Shown here piece by piece: positions 26,889 through 40,399 of a stretch of 64,000 nucleotides of DNA. The stretch lies in assembly GCF_009914755.1 (NCBI RefSeq), contig NC_060943.1; one strand, written 5' to 3'. The stretch is from the human T2T-CHM13v2.0 reference genome, Homo sapiens. Under the pieces are notes generated by a model, which saw only the letters and a program-made list of their open reading frames with translations, was not told the DNA's origin and did not search any database. The translations under genes were made by a program, and so were the position numbers. Position 1 is the stretch's first letter. Every line of letters starts with the position of its first letter.

Positions 26889-28113
26889 CTGTTAAAAAGT
26901 CATGCACCTAAATGAAGGATTCAACTTCTTCAAAGATGAGTCATAATTTCCTATTTCCAAACATAGTCATTGCAAATTAAGAGCATTTGATCTAATTTCA
27001 AAGACCTCAGCACCACCCTGGGTAAATATGTTAAGTGAGTCCTAGAGAAAATGTGGACACTCCGAAACATGAGCTTGCCTCTGATTTTAAAACAAGCAGC
27101 ACAGCACCAGCACAGCTTAGCTGGGATCTGTTCATCTGTGCATAGACAAGCAGGCATAAATGACCTTGGTTTTTTTCGAGCTGTTCTTCCCAGGGGTTCA
27201 AACCTCTAATTAACTTAGCTTCTCATTGTTTATCCAGGAAAAAATCCAGAAACATCTCCTTTATGTCCATTAAACCATCCAGTCTTAGGAAGCATCCAAA
27301 ACCAGATTTTAGCCCTCCTGAGATGCCCATGTCCAGAAAGGGATTTATTTTAACTATGAAACATAACATTCCATTTGGTCCTAATTCTCTGGCACTATAA
27401 TTTTTTGGACACATTGTTACTGAATATATTTGTTGCAGATGGTTATGTAATAGCAACATTGGAGCTCGGCACATAATCAGTCATGAAAATTGTGTCCAGC
27501 TCATGAAATAAAAATCAGCAATGCTTGGAAGTGGGGCCAGATACTTCTATTAACTTCCTAGACATTGGAGGGCTGGGAATTTGCTCTAGGTGTTAATGAA
27601 AAGGCAGAGAGGCCAAAAAAAAAAAAAAAAAAGATTTCCTCTCCCTTGGGGGTAGTTTGGCTCTTCTTCACCTCTTGGAATATGCAGAGCTACCAAAAAA
27701 TATATACAATTACAGGAATACAGAGATAGCTGCCTGTTTACACAGTTAAAGAAAGGCTTCCCTCAGGGTGCAGCAACATTGTTCTTTAATTTTCTCTGGC
27801 CACAGCTGCCTGCTGTTTTACTCTGTATATAGTCAAGAATAGATTATTTCATTTCTGGAAAAAGTAGGATGATAGACTAAGCAGGGGTTCCACCTTGGGA
27901 CCCTGGGTTCAAGTCCTGGCTCTGCCTCTAACTGGCAAGTCACCGAATCTCATGGAGTTTTGAAATATCTGATAAACTACATATGGACAGCTTTTATTCA
28001 AATAAATATGACCAGGAAAAATCTCCCTACTAAATGCATCTCTCCTTAGAAATCTTATCACGGTTGTCATTTTATAGGTTTTTCTGGGTTAATCTTTGAT
28101 GAATGTTGGTCCC

Positions 28114-28559
28114 TATGGCAGACGTTGTTAGTGCCTCCCCTACAGCCTCTCATTTTAGGGGGTTCAACCAGTTTCTGTGTCTCTGGTTCTGAGACCTTTT
28201 ATTGGAATCCCGGAAGGCGATTGTCTTGCAGGCTATAAATGCTAAAGAATTAACAGCCAGTGGCAGCAGCAGTAGACCAGTTATTCTCTGGAGTTGATGT
28301 ATAAACACCCCAATCTCTTACCCTTTGGGAGGAATGATTCTGAAGTATGTATTTTTAAATATTTTTAGCTTCCCATGGGTTTAAGCTTCAGTAGTTCACT
28401 GTGGCATCTGGCTTAATAGCACCCCCTTTATTGACTACCTTCTCTTTCCTGTGTCACTACACCACTTCTCTACCAGTGTCACCTGAACCTACAAAGTAAA
28501 CTACTTGCACTGGAATCCTTGCCTCAGGATCTGCTTCTGAGGCATCCCAGCCTAATATA
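28114..28559 (+). mobile_element. LTR16C-like ERVL LTR
   Basis: ggagttgatgtataaacacccc...aaactacttgcactggaatccttgcctcaggatctgcttctg. Confidence 0.75.
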
Positions 28560-29700
28560 GGCTTTTTCATAAGACTTTAAGCCTCAAAATCACTGTGTAT
28601 GACTTATTCACCATCATCCAAAGCCTACCACAGCATATGGTAATAGGACCTCAGAAATAATTGAGGAAAAATGGAGGAAATGTTTATTATTGCTGCTGTT
28701 GCTGCTGCTGTTATTCAGTGTGTAACACACAATCAACCCTTCACTGAGCAGAGTCAACAATTCATCTCTGATTCTTGGAAAAAATCAGGTTTAGGGATTC
28801 CTGTTTTTCATTAGTGAAAATGAGAACAGGGTTGGGAATCCAGGTCTTTGGGGAAAGGCTGTCAGGCAAAAGGTCAGAATCCCAGAGGCAGAGGGGATTT
28901 GATCTTTAGTGTGAGAGCCTCTGCTGACAGATACTTACCGTCTAAAGGAGGTAATCCAGAATTAAAGTCAAATTGACAAGCCATTCCTGTAATTGAGGCT
29001 AAAAGCAAGATAAGCGAGAAGCTGTAGATATAGTTAGTGGCATGAAGGACAGGCATGTCACCTCTGGAAAAAGTACGAGTTAAGCCGGCACACCACCTCC
29101 TAGTGCCAGTGACTCAGAGGTTTCAGTGAAACATGCTTGGGATTAGTCTGCACCGAAGGCCGGCCTCACCCAGCTCCTGACAAGGGGTCATTTTTAGCTT
29201 AAAGAGGTGCCATCAGCTTTAATAGGCTTCAAATCTTACCTTAAAGTCACTGACTCTTCACAGGGCCCAGTTTTCCAGTATAGTTCCCACCTGCTGGCCC
29301 ATTTCACCTCATTCAGGAATAAGCTTGAAAAGCAAAAGAATCCAAAGACTGTGCTTCAAGATCAAAAGAATCACATTAGCCCAGGAATCACAGATTGAAA
29401 TGTCTACAGTCACCTGGCCAGGACCTGCTAAGTCCAAATGAATAACTGCTCTTCAGTTACAAGGCAGAAGTTCAGATCCAGTGTGGCCAGACTTTTTCAT
29501 GAGAAGCTATATATCCGGGTTTATGAGTAAAAATTCTTCTGTTCTTCAATATTAACAAGTAATTACTATTTTAAAAGTAATAAAACCAAATAATAATAAT
29601 AAAATTACTATTTAGGCAAAATTGGTAGTCAGTTGGTACTCACCAGCTCAGCTGTCAGGATTGTTAAATATTAAAATCATTCCACTTAAATTGGTAAACA

Positions 29701-29995
29701 GGCCAGGTGCAGTGGCTCATGCCTGTAATTTCAGCACTTTGGGAGGCCAAGGCAGGAGGATCACTTGAGCCTGTAAGTTTGAGACCAGACTGTGCAACAT
29801 AACAAGGTCCCGTCTTTACAAAAATATAAATAAAAAATTAGCCAGGCATGGTGATGCATGCCTGTAGTCCCAGCTAGTCAGGAGGCTGAGGTGGGAGGAT
29901 TGCAGGAGCCCAGGAGTTCAAGTCTGCAGTGAGCCGTGACGGTGCCACCCCATTCTAGTCCGGGCAACAGAGTGAGATCCCCCCTCATGATAAAT
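29701..29995 (+). mobile_element. AluJ
   Basis: J-type diagnostics; TSD taaattggtaaaca / taaataggtaaata. Confidence 0.94.
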
Positions 29996-30149
29996 AAATA
30001 GGTAAATAGTCATTATCCTAAACCCCCTAAATAACCTCCCCACCATCCTGGCTCCTGTGGTCTGCCCAAGAACCTGTCAGACTGCTCCATCATTCAGCAA
30101 CTAAAGGGCAAACAACTAACCAAAGGATCCCCTCAAGAATCCTGTTTCA

Positions 30150-31151
30150 TAAATCAACAAGCAAGAGGAAAATCCATTAAAAAGTGGGAAAAGAACATGA
30201 ACAGACACTTCTCAAGAGAAGACATACAAGCAGCCAACAAGCATATTTTAAGAAAGCACATCATTACTAATCATCACAGAAATGCAAATCAGAACCATAA
30301 TTAGATACCATTTCACACCAGTTAAAATGGCTATTAAAAGTCAAAAAATAAATATTGATGAGATTGTGGAGAAAAGAAAATTCTTATACATTATTGATGG
30401 CAATGTAAATTAGTACAGTCTCTATGGAAAAGAGTATGGAGATTTTTCAAAGAGTTAAAATAGAACTACCATAAATCATTCTACCAAAAAGACACCTGTA
30501 CTATTATGTGTATTGCAACACCATTAACAATAGCAAAGACACGGAATCAACCCAGGTGCCCATCAATGGTAGACTGACTAAAGAAAATGTGATATATATA
30601 TGTATATTATATATATATTATATATATTTTATATATATATATCCCAGCTATATATATATATATTTATATATATATATATATATCCCAGCTATATATATCC
30701 CATATGTATATATGCATGCTATGGAATACTACACAGCCATAAAAAAGAATAAAATCATGTCCTCTGCAGCAACATGGATGGAGCTGAAGGCCATTATCCT
30801 CAGTAAATTAATGCAGGAACAAAAACCAAATACCACATACTCTCCCTTATATGTGGACACTAAACATTAGGTGCACATAGACATAAAGATGAAAACAATA
30901 GACACTGGGGGCTACTTCAGGGGGGACAGGAGTGATACATGCTTTGAAAAACTTTTTATTGAGTACTATGCTTACTATCTGGGTGATGAGATCAGTCATA
31001 CCCCAAACCTCAGCATCACACAGTATAACCATGTAACACACCTGCACATGTACCCCACCACATTTAAAATAAAAGTTGAAATTTAAAAAGAAAGAAAAAA
31101 GAAAAATTAATAAATATAAAAATCTCTCCACGTTAATTTAAAAAAAAAAAG
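30150..31151 (+). mobile_element. 5'-truncated L1PA15/16-PB4-type element with probable 3' transduction
   Basis: L1 ORF2 end and 3' UTR; exact TSD gaatcctgtttca at 30137-30149 and 31152-31164. Confidence 0.9.
30590..30712. repeat. (TA)n-rich tract inside the L1
   Basis: Read directly; includes three atatatatccc units. Confidence 0.9.
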
Positions 31152-31204
31152 GAATCCTGTTTCAGCACCATGGCCAGCGTCGCTTAGTCAGTGCCTGCAC
31201 TACT

Positions 31205-31815
<611 letters not shown>

Positions 31816-32199
31816 TTCTTTTTCTCTTTAAAAAAAACTTTATGGAGATGTGGTTGACATGTAAAAAGCTGTGCATATTTAATGTATACATCTCAATAAG
31901 TTGGTTGGATATGTATACACCTGTGAAACCATCACCACCATCAAGGCCACAAACACATCCATCACCTCCCAAAGATTCCTCCCACCCCCTTTATTATTAT
32001 TAGTGTTAATTGTTGGGGGGGAGGTGGTAAGAACATTTAACATAACATACACCCTCTTAGCAAATTATAAACATAAAACACAGTATTGTTAGATACAGGC
32101 ATTGTGCTCTTAGGTAAATCCCCAGAACTTACTCATCTTGCATACCTGAAACTTTGTTCCTTTTACCCATCACCTTCTCCTTTTCCCCTCCTTTAGCCC
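31816..32199 (-). mobile_element. L1MB1/L1MA10-type 3' fragment
   Basis: gtgaaaccatcaccaccatcaaggcc...ccctcttagcaaatt...cagaacttactcatcttgcatacctgaaactttg. Confidence 0.82.
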
Positions 32200-32304
32200 T
32201 GCCTGCACTATTCTTTGGAATTATCTTTAATATCATCTCTGGGCACAAGTCATGAATTGAAACACATATGATCCTACAGGAATCCAGTTTGAGATTCCTA
32301 ATTT

Positions 32305-32450
32305 ATTCCAATTCCCTTCATTTTATAGTCGGAGAAACAAAGTCCAGCACAGAGGAGGGTACTTACCAAAGTCATGAAGCAAGTCACTGACAGAGCCCTG
32401 ACAGGAGCCCAAGACCCTGAGCTCCCAGGCCAGGGCGCTGTCTTTTAAAT
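32305..32450 (-). mobile_element. MIR
   Basis: cattttatagtcggagaaacaaagtccagcacagagg...acttaccaaagtcat. Confidence 0.65.
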
Positions 32451-32459
32451 CAATGGCTA

Positions 32460-32603
32460 CCAAACCTGTGGAGGGATATGGTTTGTTAAAAACAGATTCC
32501 TTCTCTACCCCACTGCTGCCAAAACTATGGGGTGGGACCCAGCCCACGCTGTTTTTAAGAGCTCCCTAGATAATTCTGATGATCAGAAGATTTGCAGAAC
32601 ATT
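32460..32603. mobile_element. MER5A-like hAT fragment
   Basis: aaacagattcc...ggggtgggacccag...tttttaagagctccctagataattctgatg. Confidence 0.55.
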
Positions 32604-32879
32604 GTTGCAAACTGTGCCATTGTCACGCCAGCGACACGTTAGCCACCCTCATCCCTATGCGGGAGAAATTTTGAAATAAGAGGAGAATCTCTGAACATAT
32701 TATTCATATAATTTTTAACAGATTTTTACACAGAAGACATGCGTGTGTATATGTATGTGTGTGGATGTGTGTATGTGTGTGTGTTAGGATGGTAAAACGG
32801 TTTCTCCCAAGCCCCTGAAATGTGTCTTATTGCTATACTAAATAAATAAAATTAAAAAGGAAAGTTTCAAAGACTGATA

Positions 32880-33080
32880 GTGATGGATCTGCAGAGAAAT
32901 GGAGATGTCATGTTATCAGAATGGGACAGGTCCTGGTTTAAACCCTAGCGCCACTGCTTAGACGATGTTGTCCTTCCTCAGGCATCTCACTTAAGGTTCT
33001 GCACTTTACATCTCCATCTATAAACTATGGCACCAACTCCTACCAGGCGAAGTAATTGTAGGTTTTGGAAATAAAGTTGT
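32880..33080 (+). mobile_element. MIR
   Basis: cctggtttaaaccctagcgccactgcttag...ctccatctataaact. Confidence 0.5.
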
Positions 33081-33479
33081 CAGTTCTGGATTACGCTAGC
33101 AGTGGATTCATCAGGAACAACAGGAGCCTCATCACAGAGCCGGGTGAACATGTGGCATCTGCTCTGCTCACAGCGATGGCAGAAGAGCCTTAGCAGCCTG
33201 TGTCCAAGCCCAGCTACAAAAGTGAGGGCATCCCAGGCCCCTGTGATCCCTTTGCCACCTCTGACGCTCACACTGATGAGGCCCAACTCACCCGCCAACA
33301 ACTGATTCTGGGTTTCCTTTTTCTTTCTTTTTCCTTTTAGCAGTGATTTGGAGTTACCTATATATTTCTACTGTCACACCCTCCATGTAACTTTAGAACC
33401 AACCTTAGTCATAAAGCATTTTGCACAGTACTGGCATATAGGGGCAGCCACAATGAACATGACTATGGCTGGAAGGTGT

Positions 33480-33710
33480 GGTATGTTGATTGAGAATCCC
33501 ACTGTAGACCAGACAGACCAAGGTGCAGCTACACAACTGTGGATGTTATTTTTAAACAATGTCTTTGAGTCTTAAATTCACTATCAGTGAAATGAAGACA
33601 ATAATGGTAGCTCCTACATCACATTATTGCAAAAGCTAAATGAGCAAATCTAGGAAAGGGCTTAGCATAGTGCCTGGCATGTAATACATATTCAATAAAT
33701 GTTGCTATTG
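33480..33710 (+). mobile_element. MIR
   Basis: tgaaatgaagacaataatggtag...cttagcatagtgcctggcatgtaatacatattcaataaatg. Confidence 0.65.
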
Positions 33711-34929
33711 GTGATATTACCATTAATGTCATCATTAATTTCATCATTCAACCTCAAATTTGAGGGAGGCTTGACAATAGCTTGTAAGATTTGGTGATAG
33801 GACTAGCAGCCTAACGATGGCTACCAAACCTAAGATAGACCCCCTCAAGTCTCTGAGTCCAGGAGAAGGGTGTTTGCACTATGGCTTCAGGCCACAGCCA
33901 GCTGAGGAAAATAGTTCCAGAAGAAGGCATCTCTAAGTCTGAAGGCTTGCTCCAGAAGGACTGCTGGAAAGCCATCAACCACTGTGAGCCTTGTTCCTGG
34001 GGCTCAGCTGAGGGATGCCAAGGAGGAGTTCTGGGAGATCTTGAGCTTCTGGTGGCCCACGGGTGTCTGGGAAATCTCAGATCTCCCAGATCTCAGATCT
34101 CCACCAGTTTTTATGTACAACGTGTAAGTTAGACAGGCAGGCCATCAACCCAGGATTCGAAGACAGGCTTCATGTTTCTTGATCTAAATGTTGACTCTTC
34201 CCTGAACACTCCAGGATGCAGCACAGAGCCCAGCAACAAAGAGACAAACTTCCAGACATAACAGCTGTATTCGGAGTCCAGCTCTCCAGCAGCCTCAGGG
34301 TGTCATTGTAAGGATCAGACACCATTATGTAAAGTTACTATAGAGTGTAAATCAGGATAATTATTATTAACATCATCACTACATGGGCTAAAGTTTTCAT
34401 CACAATACTCAGTGTGCAAAAATGTAACTTTCTGTAACTGAACTCAATTTTTTACAGTTCACATTTTTGTCCGACGCAAAAGTGTCATATAGTTACCTCC
34501 AGATAAACTCATTTTCTTCTGGGTAAATGCAGAAGTTTCAGGATTAAAAGTGTTTCCTCCTCCCCCACCTTCTTCTTCTGGATGGGGGATCTCAGATAGC
34601 CCAGGTGGCGGTGGGGGACAGGGCAACTCCTCATCTGAGTCTTGGTATCAGGGAGGCGTCAGGTCCACAGTCATTCTGACATCCGTGTCTCCTTCAGATC
34701 CAGGAGCCTTCTCCTGGCCACTTCCAAACTGGCCTCAGGTGCAGAAAACTTTTGCCTGCTTCCTCCTGTCTCTACTTTGGGGGACTGTCTCAGGCCCTTT
34801 GGTACCTAGACACACAGAGCACCGTTTGTTTGCCTTGACTAGGGTAGAGGTGCTTTGGGGCTCCCTTTAAAGGCACTATAAAGGCACTCGTTTATAGCCG
34901 GTCCCCTGAAATACATGCGGGTCTCTAAG

Positions 34930-35500
34930 CGTTCAGCCACCAGCTGTCTTCAGGTCTCAGCAAGGCACAGACCCATGAGCAGAACAGATGCTGTATCTGC
35001 CCTTATGGGGCCAGCAACAGAAGACAAATAATAAACCAGTGTGCAAATCAATATACCTGGGATTGCAAATCAAGAAAGCTCAATCGAGGTAAAGTGGGAG
35101 GAAGTGGTAAAATAAACCAGGGTGGGGGGCCTCTTCTATAGTTATCGGGACCAGGGAGGGCTGCAGAGAAGGTGTTCGCCGCGCTGGGGCCTGCAGAGAG
35201 GAGAAGCCTCTGCGTGGAGAGGAGGGTGCAGGAGGAGGCAGGGTGGACACTCAGGTGGGAAAACAGCCTGTGGGGGAAAGGCCTTAGGAGGCCTGGGCCT
35301 GAGCTGGGCTTGGAAGCAAGGTCAGCATGGCTGGAACACAGTCAGTGGAAAGGCAGAGCCAGGCCTGAGGGGCACGGCCACAAGTGGAGTTTATCCTGAG
35401 AAAAATGCAAAGTCACAGAAACTTCCATTTTAGGGATTATTTTTAATTATTGAAGGATTTTAACCAAGGATGACATATATATTTTTGCCGGTAAAAATAT
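34930..35500 (-). mobile_element. L2 fragment
   Basis: aggtcagcatggctggaacacagtcagtgg...tggagtttatcctgag...gaaggattttaaccaagg. Confidence 0.55.
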
Positions 35501-35506
35501 TCTGTT

Positions 35507-35718
35507 AGCAACAGATCTCAACAGAGGCAGTCCGGCCACTCCCAGAAGACATGACAAAACTGTAGGGACATTTGTGGCTGTCACAATGCTTTGAGCACAC
35601 TATCAGCATTGGGGATGTCCAGCGATGCTAAACATCCTTCAATGGATAGTAAAGTCCTGCACAGTGAAGACTGTTCCCCCCCAGATGCCACAAATGTGTT
35701 TGTGATGAGATTCACTGG
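35507..35718. mobile_element. MER20-like hAT element
   Basis: gggacatttgtggctgtcacaat...gatgctaaacatccttcaatg. Confidence 0.6.
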
Positions 35719-35755
35719 GGATCTAGTAGCTGCTTGGAAACAAAGAGTAGAGGGA

Positions 35756-35908
35756 GGCTGGGCACAGTGACATGAGCCTGTGGTCTCAGCCACTCAAGAG
35801 CCTGAGGCTGGAGGATCACTTGAGCCCAGGAGGTCAAGGCTGCAGTGAGCTCTGATCTCCCTTCTGCACTCTAGCTTGGGGGACAGAGATCCTATTTAAA
35901 AAAAAAAA
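35756..35908 (+). mobile_element. FRAM / free right Alu monomer
   Basis: Single right-arm monomer plus poly-A; aaagagtag occurs on both sides. Confidence 0.85.
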
Positions 35909-37190
35909 AGAGTAGTACCACACAAGTGGTAGCAGGGACAGAATTAGGACAGTACTGGAGTTTTCCAGGTGGGAAAAGATGATGCTGAGATGGGGCTGGA
36001 GCCTCAGAGACAGAGAACAGTGGGAAAGTAGGCAGACACTGTGAGCTGAGCACACGGTGTTTTGTGTTAGTGAGATGTGGTCCCAGAGTCAGCAGTGCTC
36101 CTGGTGGCCAGGAGCAATTGTCTAGAGGTGGCAGCTAAAGAGAACCTATGTGAAAAGCACGTGGCTCAGGCAGTCACTCAGAGGTGGCATAAAGAGGGTT
36201 TAGAAGGAAGCAATGGGAAGTTCATCTGGAAAAGGACCCTGTGGGCAAGTTTTTGCTGAAGGGCATGGTATCTATTCAGGAATGCTCCAGTGAGCTTCCT
36301 GAATATAAAGACACTAGCTCCTTCCTCTATGAGGGGATTCCCCCTAGAAGCCCACCAGACTTGCCACCTCCCTTCCTTCCCCACACCCCAAACTAAGCCT
36401 CACAACTGTAATTTGAGTGTTCTCCACAATGTTTTAAAGCCTCTGAATACTTGCCTATTACTCCGAAAATTAGCTGCCATACATAATTAGGCTAATTTGG
36501 TATAATATTCATCCGAAATGTGAACATGTTATTAATAATGAAAGCAAACATATGGAGCAGGTGTCCTTGCTCTGTCGAGAGATGGTGGCTAAGTCATGAG
36601 CTCTGCCCACGAATCCTTGCTGTGCCTCCCCCAGTCAAGAAGGCAGCATGACTAGGAAAGACCTTGCAGAGCCCCAGGACCTTGTGGGAGTCCTCACTGG
36701 TGGTTATTTACTGGGGCCCCATACTCTGAATGTAGCGTTAGCATTTATTCCAGTAGATTCTCCTCGCTTCGGGCAAATTCAAAAAACAATCCCATTCAGA
36801 AAACACTTATTGTGTCTCCTCTCTGCCTCTCAATCAGCCTTAGTCTGTATCCTCTTGTGGATTGACAAAGATTGCAGAAGAGACCCTAGAATGAGGACAA
36901 CCCAAGGTTCATGGGGTGGACTGAAATATACTAGGTGAGAAATAGGAGGTGCAAATGATTGGGAATAATTAGGGTCTCTGCCCAGCTGCCCTGTCATGTT
37001 ACAAATGTGCCCACACCTCATGACGCTTCCTGTGGGCCTGCTGCCCTTTTCCACAGGTGGCATGGCACTGAGCTGGACACCCACATGTACAAGTGTCCAT
37101 GTGAGCTTCCAGACATCAAGGACAGTGTTTAAAACAAGCATACCTAAAGCCACGGTATTGAAACTAGGCTACGGTGGGGAAACAAACCAT

Positions 37191-37223
37191 GCTCTCTCTC
37201 TCTCTCCCTCTCTCTCTCTCTCT
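37191..37223. repeat. (CT)n microsatellite
   Basis: Read directly. Confidence 0.85.
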
Positions 37224-37656
37224 ACTCCCTGATTAACTCACTATAGCCAATTTGAATTTGGAAATTAGAATTTTTTTAAAAGTTTTCTAAGTTTTTAGGT
37301 CAGTTTATTCTGTCTGTCACATTAAATCACCAGAGAGAATGTATTTGCCATAGATCAGACTTTCTTTTCATTTAAGAGCATTCTCATCAAGAAGGCTTCC
37401 CTAATTATGTTCAATCATAACAACATGGAATGGGGAATCCGTGCATTAAAAGGCAGTCTCACAATGACACGTGGCTAGTAGGAACTAGAGATGTGCTGTC
37501 AGACGTTTCTGAACCATGCTGAAACATTAGATCTGAAATTGACCCTTGCCTTATCCATGCCACCATACCAGACTGGCTTGGGGAAAATTAGGTAAATCAC
37601 TTTTCCATTCCAAATACATTTGGAGACCTGTGACTTTTTAGAATCATTTATATGGT

Positions 37657-38141
37657 TATAGCAGACACTGTTGATGGGACCAATCCCCTCAGTTCGCCTG
37701 AGGTCATGTGAAGATGTAATAGCTGGTTCCCAGCTTGGTGACAGCCTCCTGCCTCAAGTATTTGCACCTGTCTGCTTCTCTGCTGAACTTTCTCCAGCAC
37801 CACAAGTATTTGCTCCACTAAGTGGGGACATATGCCAGAATTTCAGGGGCAGGGTACCAGGGAAAACCCTCAACCAACAGAGGTGGGAGTCAGTGAATAA
37901 ATGCCTCCACCTCCCCACCTTCTGGTGAGACAATTCTAGGTGTGTTCCATGGAGTTTCTTAAAGGGCCTCCAGCCAGGTGGATTCCCAGTGACCACTCAT
38001 ATGCACAACCCTCATCAGCTTTCTCCGTCCCTGTCTCATTTCCCCACTCCCTCACTTGTGCTTCCTGAATTTGTCTACAAGAAGATAGAATCACATGTCC
38101 TCGAATCTGAGTCTGCTTCTGCAGGAACCCAAAATAAGATA
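37657..38141 (+). mobile_element. LTR16A-like ERVL LTR
   Basis: tagcagacactgttg...ccctcaaccaacagaggtgggagtcagtgaataaatgcc...tctgcttctgcaggaacccaaaataagata. Confidence 0.8.
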
Positions 38142-38203
38142 GAGACAGAGATAGTTTCATAGACAAAATAATCCCCCCTCAACTGATAGGTTTTAGAACA
38201 TGA

Positions 38204-38740
38204 TGTTGCAGTAAACTCAGGCCAAGCTGCTCACCACCTGTCATGCTGAATACAAGAGGTGAGGTATGGGGAGAGGGAAGTAACTTTTATTCCAAATGCC
38301 AGCAGCTGGGGAGATGTCAGGGCTCAAGTCATGAAGAAACCATCTTCAATTGCAGGCTGGGTGAAGGGTGTAAGAAGGGAAACTTAGTATGAGAAACATG
38401 TGGGGTCCTGCTGGGTAAGGGCCTGCATGTCTCGTTCTGAGGGCTGTCTTGGGCGTCTGGAGGTCTGGTCGTCATTATCTTGACTGCAGCCCTAGTGGTG
38501 GTGAACACATTGTTCATGACTCCCCCTAAGTGGGAGGATTTCATAACAGGGGCCCATGCCTGGTTTAAGATGAGCCTCTGGGAGTGTTAAGTAACCATGC
38601 AGTTAGATAAGCATGCATGGGACAAGGGAGTGTCTGGTGGGAAAGAGAGAGGAACATGAATTTCAAAGCACACTTCAAGGCTATATTTCTAAGCTTAGGA
38701 AAAAGAGTTCTGAATGCATTTTGAAGATATTTGGTTATAG
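38204..38740 (-). mobile_element. ERV1 solo LTR (MER31/MER67-like)
   Basis: tgttgcagtaaactcagg...acaagaggtgaggt...cttttattccaaa (antisense AATAAA). Confidence 0.55.
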
Positions 38741-39229
38741 TATTTTATTGTAAGCTTTTGGAAATGTATGTGTACTTATTTTTATATGCAGATACATGCA
38801 TAAACATTTTAAATAAATGAGATCAAATTATGCAATAAACAGAAAGATACACCACCAAGACCCCCTTACTTAGCAGGAAGCTTTCTGTCCCAGATGCTGA
38901 GAGTGCTGTGGAGGTCTCCTCCGAGACTGCCTACCCCAGAGTGCATGCAGCCCCTGAGTCGGTCCCCATATTGGGTTCTTGGCATTTGGAGGAGAAGCTG
39001 TAATGGGGAAGACCACGTGGAAGCTGCATCACTGGCCAAACTAATGAGTCTGAAACAATACCATATTCTAAGGGTAGGTGGGGAGGTGGGATTAGTGCCA
39101 CCCTTAAAGGTCTTAGGAATGCAAGGGTAATGGTCCCTATTATATATTCATTTAACTCACTCATATGGCCCCTGAAGAACTAAATGAATTCTGAAAAATG
39201 GCTTTAGACTACTGAAGACATAACCAAGT

Positions 39230-39640
39230 AGTAGCCCATTTATAACTGAAATAAACTCATAAATAAGTATGTGGGACATTTGTAAAATAAGCAAAAAAAA
39301 AGTACTAAAGAGCAGAAAAGAAGACTTGAATAAATGGAGAGCCATACTAATGTTCCTGAAACTGAATATTTAATCAAAACCCCAGAGACTGTAATTCTTC
39401 CCATATGAATCCATCCTTTTAAGGGTCTTAATCAAATATCAAAAGATTTATTTTCAGAATATGAAGGCAGTATTCCAAAATTAACTTTGAAAAACAAATG
39501 AACAATAATAGTAAAAACTACATTCAAAAATATATTATTAATAAGAAGATAAATGGCAGGATGATTCTATTATTATTATATATAATACACTGTAAACTAA
39601 AATAATTTATACAGAGATAACAGAATTTTTTAAATTTAAA
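39230..39640 (+). mobile_element. Old L1 (L1ME-type) ORF2 fragments
   Basis: aaagaagacttgaataaatggagagccatac...aattcttccc. Confidence 0.5.
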
Positions 39641-40399
39641 AATAGAATACAGAGTGACACATCCAAAATCTCAAAGACCTCTAAAACTCAATTCCTTCTT
39701 AAAAGCAATGAGAACACTGGGAAAAAATACCAAAATAACTCTTCCAGAACTCTAAAAATTAACTGAAGACCTGCAAAAATGTGAGCCATGTTTATTCAAG
39801 AACAGCAGGTGAGTCTTGGTAGGTCGGTGAGCTTTGTGGTTCTGACTTGTCCCATATCACCCCTCCCTGGCCCGCAGCAGCCTTCAAAACCAGAAACCCC
39901 ACAACCATGTTTGTTCCCAAAACCAGCAGTCTTGTAGCAACTGGAGAGTCCCAGTTTAGGGAGCTGCAAAAAGCCCCAACCCCAGAGAACTGACCCTATT
40001 TCATCTGTTGGGCAGCACCTTGGAAAAGCCCCATGCACAGGTCTTGTTATCATCTCACCTGATCCAGAAACTCCTCAGGGAAAGTCTTCAGCCAGGGTGG
40101 GTGTGGAAAATGGTAAGTGACAGTTGTTTAACCTCACAGCTGCCTGAGAAAGTGATAGCAGTTGCAGCATGTAAAAGACTGTGCAGAAAACGTAACAGGA
40201 AGTCTTGAAAAAGAGATGTTTACAGGGGACTTCAAACACTCTGAGATATTCCTGTGACCCCACAGGTCGTGGGCATGAGCAAGGCTCTGGCCCACCCAGG
40301 AAAAGACCTGAGAAGCCCCAATCTCTCACTTCTGGCGGACCTCAAGTTCCTGCACCAACAGGCAGCAAAGGCTGAAGCTGAGCTCTAAACTGCCAGAGT

